A stretch of 64,000 nt of DNA from Lama guanicoe (taxonomy: Eukaryota). Each line of letters opens with the position of its first letter. Positions within the stretch are counted from its first letter, which is position 1. Shown here in pieces: positions 12,422-24,245 of this stretch. The stretch spans positions 3,493,058-3,557,057 of the forward strand of contig MU053487.1 of NCBI GenBank assembly GCA_013239625.1. The letters are read 5' to 3'. The notes under the pieces were generated by a model that ran no database searches, was not told the origin of the DNA, and was given only the letters and a program-made list of their open reading frames with translations. Both the position numbers and the translations under genes were made by a program.

Positions 12422-13334
12422 GTGTCTTACATGTTTTTAGTTCCCATGAAAAATGCTACTTGGTCATTGTGAAAAATAGAGGTAACTACTTATAATTAAA
12501 AAATGCAGCTCGCAGTCCTTGTTTTCGTTGGTGTGCAGCTGTGATGCTTGAACCGTCACCTCAGTGCTTCCAGCGAGTCCTTCCAAAACAAACTTTATGA
12601 TGTAAATACTGGTGCAGCTCAAAATTTTCCTCTGGATCGGATCACTGCAGCCTCTCCTCCGGGGACGTTGAATGTTTCGACTCAGATGCACAGGTCCCTG
12701 GGCCTCTCCCCTGCATCAAGTGTGTCCGTCTGATGAAAGAAGCACCTTGTGACCAAACCTGAGCAAATCACCATCCATTCGGTCCCTCGCTGGGTCCTGC
12801 TGCTTCGTCGCGCTGCACCCGGGCCTCTGCCTTCGCTGTCTTTACACTCACGGGATCCCTGGTTTGACTGGGCTGAGGGAAGGCTGCTGAGGAAGGGGGG
12901 CCAGCCTGCTTCTGCTGGGAGCCCCCTCTGGGGTGAGGGGCTCACTCCCTGATATCTCTCCACCCACAGTGACATCTTTATTTCATCTTTATTTTGCGAC
13001 TTTAGGCTTTTGGTTTCTGGATTGAGACTGTTTCACCAATACTATATTCGGCAAGGTGGACGTACACCGGCAGCAAACGTAGGATGGGTGAGCGAGCCCC
13101 TTAAATACCTGCTAGTGTTTCTGCCCTCGTGCCTCGATCTTCAAACAACAGAAAACCCCCTTCCCTCCTCCCTCCTTCAGGACTTGGAATAGAGCCCAGC
13201 AGGAGAGACAGAGTCTGATCTCGAAGGAGTGGCTCCCAGCAGAGCTGGGCTCGGCCTGCAGCCCTCCTCTTGGAATGACCCCTAATATTGGCATGTCACC
13301 TGTGTTCCCTGGCTTCACCCTCGTGAGTCCATAA

Positions 13335-13462
13335 AAGTCATTAGCGTCAACATCACGAATCTCAGGATTTTGATTGAGTAGATCTGATGTGAAGCTGGAA
13401 TCTATATTTTCTAAACAAGCAACACTGGCGATTCTGGTGATCAGCCAGGATTTGGAACCAGA
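13335..13462. mobile_element. MER5-like hAT remnant
   Basis: gattttgattgagtagatctg...ggaatctatattttctaaacaagc...gattctggtgatcagccaggatttggaacca. Confidence 0.55.
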
Positions 13463-14632
13463 CTGCGCCCTACTCTGCCTCCACCCTCCCCCAGCGATCA
13501 TGTCTCCTTCCCCGAGACAGGAGCCCTCTGACAGTTAGGTGGTCTTGGAGCTTGAGCTTGTGAGTATCAAGGGAGAACTTTCTTCCATCCCTTTGGGCCC
13601 CCAGGTGGCCAGTTTTCTTGGTAGCAGAGCTTTGTAACAGTAACTGAAACCTTCCCTGTACCTCCTGCCTCTCAGTGACCGGAGCTGATGGCCATTCCGG
13701 GCTGCACAGAACGGGCTGGCACCTGCTTCCACCTGAGAATCTCGTAGAGAAAAGCCCCTGAGGACGTCGGGGCATCTCATTGCCTGCTCAGACTTTCATG
13801 GGTTTCAGACCCTTCACCATGACTTTACAGGCCCTCTTGGTGTAGTGGCCACGTCTGGGCAAAACCTTCAGGATGAGGTGTTAGCAGTGCCGAACTGAGT
13901 CGGGGGATTGACACCCCACTTTACTCACTGTACCTTTGGTTCACGTGCAACTTGCTCCAGCTAGTGGCTTGAGGTCTTTTCCACATGATCGTCTGTCAAA
14001 TCACTTTCCCATCATGTGCTTACACAGTCAATTTCTGGAACACAAATGTGACATTACATGTATGCCCAACTGTTAAGATTCCATTTTATTACAGTTTCTA
14101 CCCATCTTCAAGAGAGTTCACATTCTTTTTGATCCTGACTTGGCCATCTGACATGTTCGCTATGCCTCCCAGCTTTGAGATTGCAGATTGGATAAACAAG
14201 CCTTCAACGTGTCCGTTAAAAACATTGAAGGAGACAGAGCCAAGGAAGGTCCCTTTGGTAAGAAAATTCGTTTTACGTGGCAACCTGTTTCACATACTCA
14301 CCCAACAAGTTTCATTTGATAAAAATGTGCTCTGATATTTTCAGAACTTAAGTTCACTTCTGTGTCTTTAAAAAGCAAACACTCAGTTGGTTGCATAATG
14401 CAGAAATAGGTCTCCGTGACAGTTTGCCCATGAGTCACTCTGGGACAGGGAGATTGCCCACTGCACCTCTGGGTGCACTCAGTGTGGCTGGGCCAGCACT
14501 TTGGGCACCTGCAGTGTGTGGGGAGCACACTTGGCTCCCCAGCCCATCTTCCCACTTACCAGTTGGGCAGCCTTGGGCAACTGACTTCATCCTTCTGAAT
14601 CAGGTTTTTCATTTGGGAACAGGTTGAGGATT

Positions 14633-15546
14633 TTTTTTTTAATTGAAGTGTAGTCAGTTACAATGTGTCAATTTCTGGTGTACAGCACAGTGTCCCAGTC
14701 ATGTATATACATGTATTTTCATATTTTTTCATTAAAGGTTATTATTATAAGATATTGAATATAGTTCCCTATGCTATACGGTAGAAACTGTTTTAAAATC
14801 TTTTTTTATATATACTGGCTAACATTTGTAAATCTCAAACTCCCAAATTTATCCCTTCCTACCCCCTTTCCCCGATAACCATTAGATTGTTTACTATGTC
14901 TGCGAGTCTGTTTCTGTTTTATAGATGAGTTCACTAGTGTCCTTTTTTTCCTTTTTTTTTTTGATTCCGTATATGAGTGATATCATATGGTATTTTTCTT
15001 TCTTTCTCTTTCTGACCTCTCTTAGAATGATGATCTCTAGGTCCATCCGTGTTGCTGCAAATGGCATTATTGTATTCTTTATGGCTGAGTAGTATTCCAT
15101 TGTATAAATATACCACTACTTTTTTATCCAGTCATCTGTCAGTGGACGTGTAGCTTGCTTCTACGTCTTGGCTATTGTATATAGTGCTGCTGTGAACATT
15201 GGGGTGCATGTGTCTTTTTGAATTAAAGTTCCCTCTGGATATATGCCCAAGAGTGGAATTGCTGGATCATATGGTAAGTCTATTTTTAGTTTTTGAGGAA
15301 TCTCCATACTGTTTGCCATAATGGCTGCACCAAACTGCATTCCCGCCAGCATTGTAGGAGGGTTTCCTTTTCTCCACAGTGTCTCCAGCATTTGTCATTT
15401 GTGAACTTTTGAATGATGGCTATCCTGATTGGTGTGAGGTGATACCTCCTTGTAGTTTTGACTTGCATTTCTCTGATAATTAGCGATCCTGAGCATTTTT
15501 TCATGTGCCTGTTGGCCATTTGTATGTCTTCATTGGAGAATTGCTT
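14633..15546 (-). mobile_element. Young 5'-truncated L1 with 13-bp TSD
   Basis: Poly(T) head; ORF2 C-terminal peptides on - (ANRHMKKCS..., DLPYDPAIPLLGIYP). TSD caggttgaggatt at 14620-14632 and 15547-15559. Confidence 0.93.
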
Positions 15547-15623
15547 CAGGTTGAGGATTGAACAAGATATGCAAGTCCTTAATGGTAGCCCATCACTGAG
15601 TCCTTGGGAATGATTATCAGTGA

Positions 15624-15956
15624 TGCTGTAGACAGCGTTTGTGTCCCTGCAAAATTCACATGTTGAAACCTGATTCCCCAGTGTGATGGTGTTAGGAGGT
15701 GGGGCCTTTGGGAGGTGATCAGCTCCGCCCTCAGGAATGGGATTAGGGCCCTTATAGGAGAACCCCAGAGAGCTCTCTAGGCCCTGCTGTTATGGGAGAC
15801 ACTGTGGAGAGATGGCTGAGTCAGAAAGCAGGACCTCACCAGGCACCACATCTGCCGGCACCTTGATCTTAGACTGCTCCACCTCCAGGACTGTGAGAAA
15901 TACATTTCTGTTTACAAGGCACCCAGTCTGTTAGCAGGCCGAGCAGACTAGGACAG
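15624..15956 (+). mobile_element. MaLR solo LTR (MLT1/MST-like)
   Basis: Starts tgctgtagac...gtgtccctgcaaaattcacatgttgaaacc; later ggcaccttgatcttagact...ctgtgagaaatacatttctgttt. Confidence 0.85.
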
Positions 15957-17419
15957 TGACTGATGAAGGTCATCCCATCCTGAGAAGGTGATGGACAGGC
16001 CTGACCTTGGAATGGGCTACACTGGACCACGTGGAAGCAGCTCTGTCTCCCCGTCCTGAGGCTGATGATGTGTTGCCAACAGCTTCTGGCTACATCAGCA
16101 CTTTGCTCATTGCAGAATGCATTCACATCAGCGCTTACTCAGTATGCCATTTCAGTAGCTGCTGTTCATCCTATTTCACAAATGAGGATGCTAAAACTCC
16201 AGTTGTAAAACTTAGGAAGGTTTTTGAGCTCCCAGTCTTATATTCGCCCTCCACTCCCAAGGCTTTTGCAGTTATTTTACTTTGCTCTGTGGTTCGGTCA
16301 TTCGTCATTTACTCACCTTAGCTGGACCAGGCCTGCTATCTTCTTGGAGGCAGGCAGATAACGGAGTTGGCTCTTTTCTGGGGCCTCCAGAGAGCTGTAC
16401 AAATTGCACGTGCCCAGAAAGTGTTTTGGAGTCACCAGCAGTCAGAAATGTTGAGCATACCCTGCTTGAGTCCCAGTGTGCTCATCGTCCCTGTGAGAGA
16501 CCCAGGTAGACTGGGGACTAGGGCCTGGCTGGTGGGACCAGATTGACCAGCGGGCGGTGAGAATGGCTGGGGAAGATTTCTCAGAGGAGGCAGGAAGGCG
16601 CTTGCATTGGTCTGTAGTAGTTGTGTGCTTGTAGGCAGGCCGCTGGGCGTGGCCCGGATCAGGGCCCTGTGTGTGGGCTGAGTCCTGGGTGCTGAGCGCT
16701 GCTTCCCCGTCCAGTGGGCTGCAGTTCCCAGGGCGCGTTTCCCCCGTCACCCTGCATCAGGCTACATGGGGTCTGGCTTCTGGTCTGAGGCTGCCTATCC
16801 TGGCGGGTAGATGGGAGCAAGGAGGTGCCAGTCAGGGTGTGCTGAGCAAGGGCTTTTATGTGTGTGGCCCTGGGGGAAGCAGAGTTCAATGCGATCTCCA
16901 GCTGTGTGCAGGTGTGGAACCCTCCCTTCTCCCCTGCTCCCAGCCAGGACCTCGGAACTATTTCTGTCCTCTCCCTCCCAGCCCCAGTTCCTCCAAGGCA
17001 CAGGATGAGCAATCCTGCCTCTGGTGATGCTGGGGGTCCTTTCTGCCCAGGTGTCTTCTAGGCTGTGGGGGTGGGACAGTGGCAGGCAGTGGCCTTGGGT
17101 TTGCCAGGCCTCCCTAGCACCCCTGAGGCCTTGGCACCGCTGGGGCCCGACTGCCTCCTTAGGCCACGGGCAGGACAGTGTCTTAGTTCCCACCACCCAC
17201 GATGGGCCCCGACTTCTCCCCGCCTCCTGCTTGAGTGCTCTGAGTCTGCTCTCCCTCTCTGCCCTGCACTTCCTGGGGAGCCTTTAACCTCTCGCCTTCG
17301 CTGTCATTCAGACTCAGGCCGAGACCTTGGCTCTCACCCGAGGTCAGTGGAGTCCAGGACAGTATGATGTTGGTGTCCTCTTGCCGCATGAGGTTGAAGC
17401 TTGAACAGACTGGCGCTCC

Positions 17420-17880
17420 TGGGGGATAAGTGTGCCCCTCACTCTTCACTGTGGCTCTGGGACCCTGCCTCTGGCCTCCCAGGCTGAGGCTCAAACCTGT
17501 CCGTGCTCTGGTCGAGGTGAGAGCCTAGCTCTGCTCCTAAGCATTCTTGCACCGTCCCCTTCCACCTAGTCCTTTATCTGTAACATGAGGTTGGGCTGGT
17601 CTCCAGGGTCCCTCCCTGTTCCGTGTTCTCCTTGTCCAGGGCAGAGCCCCCCTTCACCAGGGCAGCCTGCAGGGTGGTTTGCCGGGGAGGCATGCTGGGG
17701 CGGCCTGGAGGCTGCGGGGCATAAGTGGGCTGAGGGGCCTCTGAGGAGGTGTGAATGAGGGAGGCAGAGCAGGCCGGTGTGGACAGCCCTGTCCCAGCCC
17801 TATCTCCCGTCCGCGACACCCTCTCCACACCCCAGCCCCGATAAGCGGGTGTGAGCCACGGCTGCCTTGTGACAGGCCCT
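17420..17880. promoter_or_regulatory. Candidate T-box/GATA/NKX enhancer between EXOG and SCN5A
   Basis: AGGTGTGA 17747 and GGGTGTGA 17847; GATA sites at 17425, 17574, 17800 and 17840; TAAGTG at 17427 and 17722; TGACAG at 17870. Confidence 0.5.
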
Positions 17881-18729
17881 TCGGCGGGGAGGGGGTGGCG
17901 GGGGTCCACTCCACTTCTGAATCCAGACGTCAGCGTCTTCCTCCCCCACCCCCATTTCCCTGCCAGACTGGACGGGACCAACCTGCCCGGCATCCTCCCT
18001 GACACTCAGCCCCTGGCTTGGACTCTCTGCCTGTGAGGCTCAGCCTCAGGGGTGTAGGGAGCAGACCGCCCTCAGTCCTTTCTGGAGAAGAGCTGAGGAG
18101 GATGGCCGCCCCACCGGGCTGCTCTTGTGGTGACTGTGGGGCTGGGGCCTGGCCCTCCCACTGCTTACCACTTGACCCACCTCAGCACTGGTCCTCTGGT
18201 CTCCCCTCACCCCGTCTCCTCCAGTCCCTGCAGCCGTCGGCTTTCAGTCATTCCCCCCTCAGCTCTGGCTTTGGGGCCACTGCTCCTTTGGGGCCCACGT
18301 CCTTTCCTCTGAGGCCCCAGCCCCTGTTCACCAGCAGCAGGCAAGGCTGGGAACCCCGCCTTAATTTCTGGGTTTGTGGGCTTGGAGGTAACATGTAAAG
18401 AGTAGACCGGGAAGAAGAGAAACAGAGCTTGGAGCTCTCAGGAGAGGGCAGGGGAGGCAAATAGTCCAGCCCGAGGCTGCAGGAAACCTCCAGGGAGGAG
18501 AGTCTTCGCTCCCAGACCTCAGGTGCACTCAACTTGAAACTTCTTTCTGCTTCCTCAGAGGCTCTAATGTGTTCAGAGTTGAAGATTGTCCTGATTCTCA
18601 GGCTGCAATTGTGCATCAGGCAGCCCACCTGGGCGTTTGGGTGTAAGGGTGTGAGTGTGCATCCTTGTGTGCGTTCCTGTCCGTGACTTCTGTTCTCAGC
18701 CTCTGCACGGCTTGTGAGGCATCAGGGTG

Positions 18730-18975
18730 CACTGGCTAAGGGCACAGACTCTGGAGCCAGGCAGGTTGACCTGGGATCCCATCCCCTCTCTACCATCTTA
18801 CGAGCTAAAAGGTGGGGGCCAGTTGCCTAACTGCTCTGTGCCTCAGTTTCCCCATCTGTAAGAGGACCACATGCCTTGTAGGACTCTTGCAAGTATCAAG
18901 TGAGTTACTACATGTAAGGCATTGGAATGAAGCCTGCACAGAGTAAGGACCATGTAGTTGTTGGCCATTATTATT
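18730..18975 (+). mobile_element. MIR SINE
   Basis: cacagactctggagccag...ctctgtgcctcagtttccccatctgtaa core. Confidence 0.8.
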
Positions 18976-19039
18976 TATGTAAATTTCATTTTAATACAAT
19001 TTCAGACTTAAAATTTGTAAGCAATTCCCACATATCCTT

Positions 19040-20030
19040 TATGCAGATTCACCAGTTGTTTATATTTTGTAATCCTCTCTCAGCCTACATGTGTGTGTAT
19101 AATATACTCAGTGTTCTGTACTGTACGACGCATACAGACACATACACACGTATATTTCTCTGAGTCACTTGAGAGTAACTTGAAGACATCATGCCTTTTT
19201 ACTCCTAAATACTTGAGAGTATATTGATAAGACAAGGGTGTTCTTTTACAAAACCAGTCCAGGTAACAAAATGAGAAAACTTAACATTTGGTATAATACT
19301 GTTATCCCCACCACAGTTCGTATTCAAACTTCATCACTTGTCTCCATCTTGTCTTTGTATTTATTTATTTCTCCTGTTCCAGAATTGCCTATTGCATTTA
19401 GTCGTCATGTCCCTTCAGCCTCCTTTAATCTGGAAGAATTCCTCAGCCTTGCTTTGCATTTCTTGAGCTTGACATTTTTGACGCGTTCAGGCCAGTTCTT
19501 TTGTAGAATTGATGTTGCTCAAATTCTGTTTGCTGTTTCCTCATCATTAGTTTCAGGTTATGCATTTTTGTGACGATTACCACAGAGGTGACGTTGCATC
19601 TCTCTCAGTACCACGTGCGGAGGCACAGTGTCCATTTTCCCATTTGTTGGAGGTGTGTCTTTGACCACTTGGTTCCGGGGGTGTGCACCTGATTCCCCCA
19701 CTGTACACTTGCTGTTTTCTCTTTGCAGTTAAAAAGCAATTGTGAGGGATACTTTGAGACTATGTTCCTCATTAGACTTTTATCCGATTTAATCCGTTGA
19801 TGATTTTCTACTCCATCGCTGGCCCGTTCAGACTGGCCCCCGTGTCTTTTGACATCAGTCTAACTTTCTGGGACAACAAGATGTTCCAGGGCTCATCTTG
19901 TCTTTGCTCTGCTCTAGCAGTGAGTCAGCCATTTCACTAAGGAGTCCTGTTTCCTTTTAATGGAGAACGATATTCAGAAACCAGGATGTGGGTGCCATGT
20001 GTGCTGATTATATTGCTGTGTTACTGCTTC
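19040..20030 (-). mobile_element. Old L1 (L1MC-like) 3' region
   Basis: ttgcatttagtcgtcatgtcccttcagcctcctttaatctggaag; gatgttccagggctcatcttg; cagccatttcactaaggag. Confidence 0.65.
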
Positions 20031-21565
20031 CAGTTGACCACTTTATTATCTGTTCACTTGGCGTGATGGTGGGGGCAGCACCAGAGAAACTGCAGCTTGG
20101 AGATGTGAGGGGGAAAGAAGCACGACCACCTGGATGGAGCCCCCGCCCCCGTTCTAGCTCGCTCAGTCCTCCCCGCCTTCTCTGTCCTTCTTTCCCTCTT
20201 CATCGTGACCTCATGTCCCCTTTCTTGGTCAGAATTCCTTTGGAGATTCCAGCTGTGGGAACCTCTGAAATCGTTTCCCCAGCTACGTGTGTGATATCAG
20301 AGGCAGACAACTATGTGACCTTTGTGTGTGAACAGTCAAAGGCAAAGATAATTTACAAGAAAGTTTTGCTTAGAGCAATCTGCTGACAAGGTGATTGGGG
20401 AAGACACATTTGGAAGATTTCCACCTGGAAGTGTTCCTTTTTCCTGCATGAAAATGTGCAGACTGAGGTTTGAATGTGCTGAGGTTAAGGGTGGGGCGCT
20501 GCGGGAGGTCTGCTTTCCAGGTAAGCCTCTGCAAAGCTCAGGGGACCAGCAGGAAGGGTTATGGGCCCAGTATAGCCGACTTGACGCATCCACAGGTAGC
20601 AGGGACAGGTGTGGCTTAAAAAGAAAATGCCTATAGTCCAGTGAAGGCCACTTGCTTGCTTGGCTTTGTTAGTTCTGCAAATACAGGGTGAGTGGGTCAC
20701 TCTGGGCCCTTACTTGGAGTTAACTGTTGTGAGACTAGATCCAAGGCTTCCTCCCTCTGAGATCTGCGAGGGTGTGCACAGCTGGCCCCTGGAGGAAGTG
20801 CATCAATCTACAGAAGGAGCCCAGAGCCTCTGGGAGGAAAGAAACAGTATCCAGTTACTACTAGCTGAGACGTGAAGGGAAGGATGTTGTTGGGGTGGAG
20901 TGGGGTGGCCACAAGAAAGGCCTCGGGCCAGAGGCTTCTGAAATGAACTTGGGGATAACAGGAGTGAGGGGTGGTGGCAGGTTCACAGCAAGGACTCCTC
21001 TGTTCCATGGGGTAAGGCTGGCTTCAGCGTGGGGTGCGGCTGCCGTTGAGGGGTGCTGAGCTGGGCTTGTGCTCTCGGCTGGGGACTGTGATGACTGATG
21101 CACAGGACTGTCACTTAGAGATGAGTCAGTGTGCTCCCCCCTAGGTTTCCCTTGACCTTGAGGAACGGTACTGCCTTCTAGTAGTCTGGGCTGGACCCTT
21201 GGAGGTGTCCAAGTGTCCTCAACAGTGACATGGCAGTGCAGTCAGGCTCCAACCCTATTGCGTTCTGTAAACAGTTCAAGCAGGCTGTGAGGTTCCCTCA
21301 GGAGAGACTGTCTATGTCATGTAAATTCTTGATTGGTTTATAGAACACATTACAAGCTGATGGAGGTCACCTGTGTGGCTCCATGCTTGGGGGCAGTTAA
21401 TACAGCTACATTCACAGTCACCAGAAAAGCCAGTGTTGTCCCCAGCACCGGCCACATGGGTGCAATGCCTCAAGCAGACACGGGAAACTTATTATTTTCT
21501 GGAGCTCATGCTGCCTGTGGTAGACATGGGAGACAGGCTGAGGGGAGATGGGCCTAGAATTAATT

Positions 21566-22243
21566 TTTTCTTTTAATGGAAGTATAGTTGATTTACAGTG
21601 TTGTGTGAGTTTCAGGTGTACAGCAAAGTGATTCAGTTATATATGTGTGTATACATAGTTTTTTTTAAGATTACATTCCATTATAGGTTATTACAAGATA
21701 TTCAGTAGTTTCCTGTGCTATATAGTAGGTCCTTGTTGCTTAATTATTTTATGTATAGTAGTGTGTATCTGTTAATCTCAACTCTTAATTTATCCCTACC
21801 CACCCGTTTTCCCCTTTTGTAACCATAGGTTTGTTTTCTGTATCTGTGAGTCTGTAAATAAGTTTATTTGTATTATTTTTTGAGATTCCACATTTATGTG
21901 ATGTCATAAGATATTTGTGTTTCTCTGTGTGACTGACTTCACTTAGGTAATCTCTAGGTCCATCCATGTTGCTGCAAATGGCATTATTTTTTATGGCTGA
22001 GTAGTATTCCATTGTGTGTATATACCACATTTTCTTTATCCGTTCATCTGTTGATGGGCACTTAGGTTGTTTCTACATCTTGGCTATTGTGATTAGTGCT
22101 GTTGTGAACATTGGGGTGCATGTGTCTTTTTGAATTAGAGTTTCCGTCTTTTCCAAACATATGTCCAGGAGTGGGATTGCTGGATCATATGGTAACTCTA
22201 ATTTTAGTTTTTTAGGGAACCTCCGTACTGTTTCCCATAGTGG
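21566..22243 (-). mobile_element. 5'-truncated L1 with 10-bp TSD
   Basis: ORF2 end MWYIHTMEYYSAIK on -. TSD agaattaatt at 21556-21565 and 22244-22253. Confidence 0.9.
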
Positions 22244-22399
22244 AGAATTAATTCTTAAAGAGAACAGGCCCTCAGTGAATCATCCTTCCTGCTTGCCAAG
22301 TGCTCTTTGGGGCAGGAGGTGACCTAAGGAGGCCTCTTGCCTCTTGTGGCATCTTCCTCACTGTCCTAGTCAGAGACCAGAGGAGCCTCCTCACCCATC

Positions 22400-23070
22400 C
22401 TTGGGTGTTCTGTCTCCCAACTTTGCATCTAAAAACAGCTCCCAAATTTCTCACTCTCCACCGCCCCCAGCCTAGTCCAAGTCCCTATCATCTCTCCCTA
22501 CAGAGGCCACCTGACCTGCTTCCTCTCACCCCTTCTTGTCCCCCACAGCCCTTTCCCTCAGAGCAAGAGGTGGGATCGTTCTAAAGTATAGTATTACTGC
22601 GTGCCCCTCCCACGATAATAAAAAGCATATAGAACAGTGCACCTCTTTGGAGCCCCCTGGTGCCCCAGGGTCATGTCCAAACCCCTTTCCTGGCCCCCAC
22701 CTCAATCCACCTCCAGTCACACCGGCTATCTGTCCCTTCGGGAATGGGCCACGGCCCTTCTACCTCAGGACCTTCCCATCTGCTCTTCCGTCTGCCTGGA
22801 AACGCCCACCTCAGTCAACAAAAACGCCACATCTTCAGCAGGTCTTCTCTGGTCCCGTCCCCTGGGTACTCTTACTGCACTTTGTGCTCCACCCCAACAA
22901 CCCAAAGTTTTGTGATTATAAAGAGCCCTGGTTTGTGGATTTTGAGGTTAATATCTGTCTCCCCAACATAGCTGAGTTACATGAGGGCAGGGACCTTGTT
23001 TGTTTTTTCTCGTCATTATAACTCCAGAATCTGGGAGAAGTTCAATGCATGTTTGCTAAAGGAAGAATGG
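22400..23070 (+). mobile_element. L2 fragment
   Basis: Pyrimidine-rich L2 body ending in gagggcagggaccttgtttg...ttcaatgcatgtttgctaaaggaagaatgga. Confidence 0.55.
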
Positions 23071-23699
23071 ACAGGTGCCTCAGTTTCCCCAGCTAGTCCT
23101 GTGTGTAGGCTAACATCATTTGGAGGGAGAGAGTGAGGAACGGGACCCCTTTGGCCCTGGGGCATCCTGCCACTCACTCCTGGGGAGTTACCACTGCCGT
23201 CAGCTCTGACGGCCGGGCCGGGGCCTCACTGCTCCGTGTTTACTCATCCTGCAGAGGTCAGTGTCCGCAGGAGGCTGAGAGGGTGCTCTCACAGCGGGCA
23301 GGGCTGGCACGAGGCAGACACGTGGGGCTGGTGGTCTTCAGCTTGGGCACAGGAGCTAGAGAAATTGGCATGGGGGTGCTCTGTGGCCAGAGCCTGGCCA
23401 CAAGGGGTTGCTGAGGGCGGCACTGAGGTGGGGCTGAGGTGCTGAGAGAGTCTGGGCTAGTGGCTGGTGGGGCTGCCCACAAACAGAGGTGACAGTGGGT
23501 GTGAAGAGCGTGCTTCCTTTTGGTGGTGGCTGAACTGCTTATACATTTGTCACAACTCTCCACACTGCATTTAAAAAGAGTGAGTATTGTTATATATAAA
23601 TTACACCCCACTGAACCTGAATTAAGTATAGAAACAGGGGGGCTGGAGAGGGTAGAAAACATGATGGTCATTGTTGCCTCATTGCTAAAGTGTATCAGG

Positions 23700-24245
23700 A
23701 CAGAGGGGAGCCTTGCGGCCCTCTAGGGGAAGTGTGTGGCAGGCAGAGGGAACAACCAGTGCTGAAGTCCTAAGGCGAAGCATGTGCAGCCTGAGCAGGA
23801 ACCAGCAAGGAGCCAGTGTGGCTCTAGGGCTGGTGATGGGTGCAGACTGGCTCTGGGAGCGGGTGCATCAGAGGGGCTGCAGAGGGCTCAGGCTCTCAGG
23901 CTGCTCTGTGAGTGCACCGGGGGCCACTGGGGGCTCTGTATGGAGCCAAGGCATGAGCCAGCTTGCTGCCTGAGAGACCCCATTGGCCGCTGTGTCAGGA
24001 ATGGTCTGGGGCAAGGGCCAGCTGGGGGGCCTCTGTAAGAATCCAGGCAAGAGGCAATGGTGGCTCAGACCAGCATGGCAGCCGTGGAGCTGCTGAGAAG
24101 TGGTTGGACTTGGGTTATGTTTTGAAGGCAGAGCCAACAGGATTTCCTGCTGGATTGGATTGGATGCGGGGTGTGTGGGAGAGAGAGGAGGCAGGGATGA
24201 TGTTAAGGTTTTTGGCCAGAGCAGCTGGAGCTCCAGCTGGGCAAC
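23700..24245 (-). mobile_element. L2 fragment
   Basis: ggcagaggggaacaaccagtgc; atgttttgaaggcagagccaacaggatttcctgctggattggat. Confidence 0.7.

Larger units (their letters stand above)
10622..12435 (+). other. EXOG: EXOG 3' UTR (end inferred)
   Basis: Follows the stop codon. AATAAA at 12411-12416 overlaps ATTAAA and is followed by GT/T-rich sequence. Weaker ATTAAA at 11045 and 11324. Confidence 0.55.
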
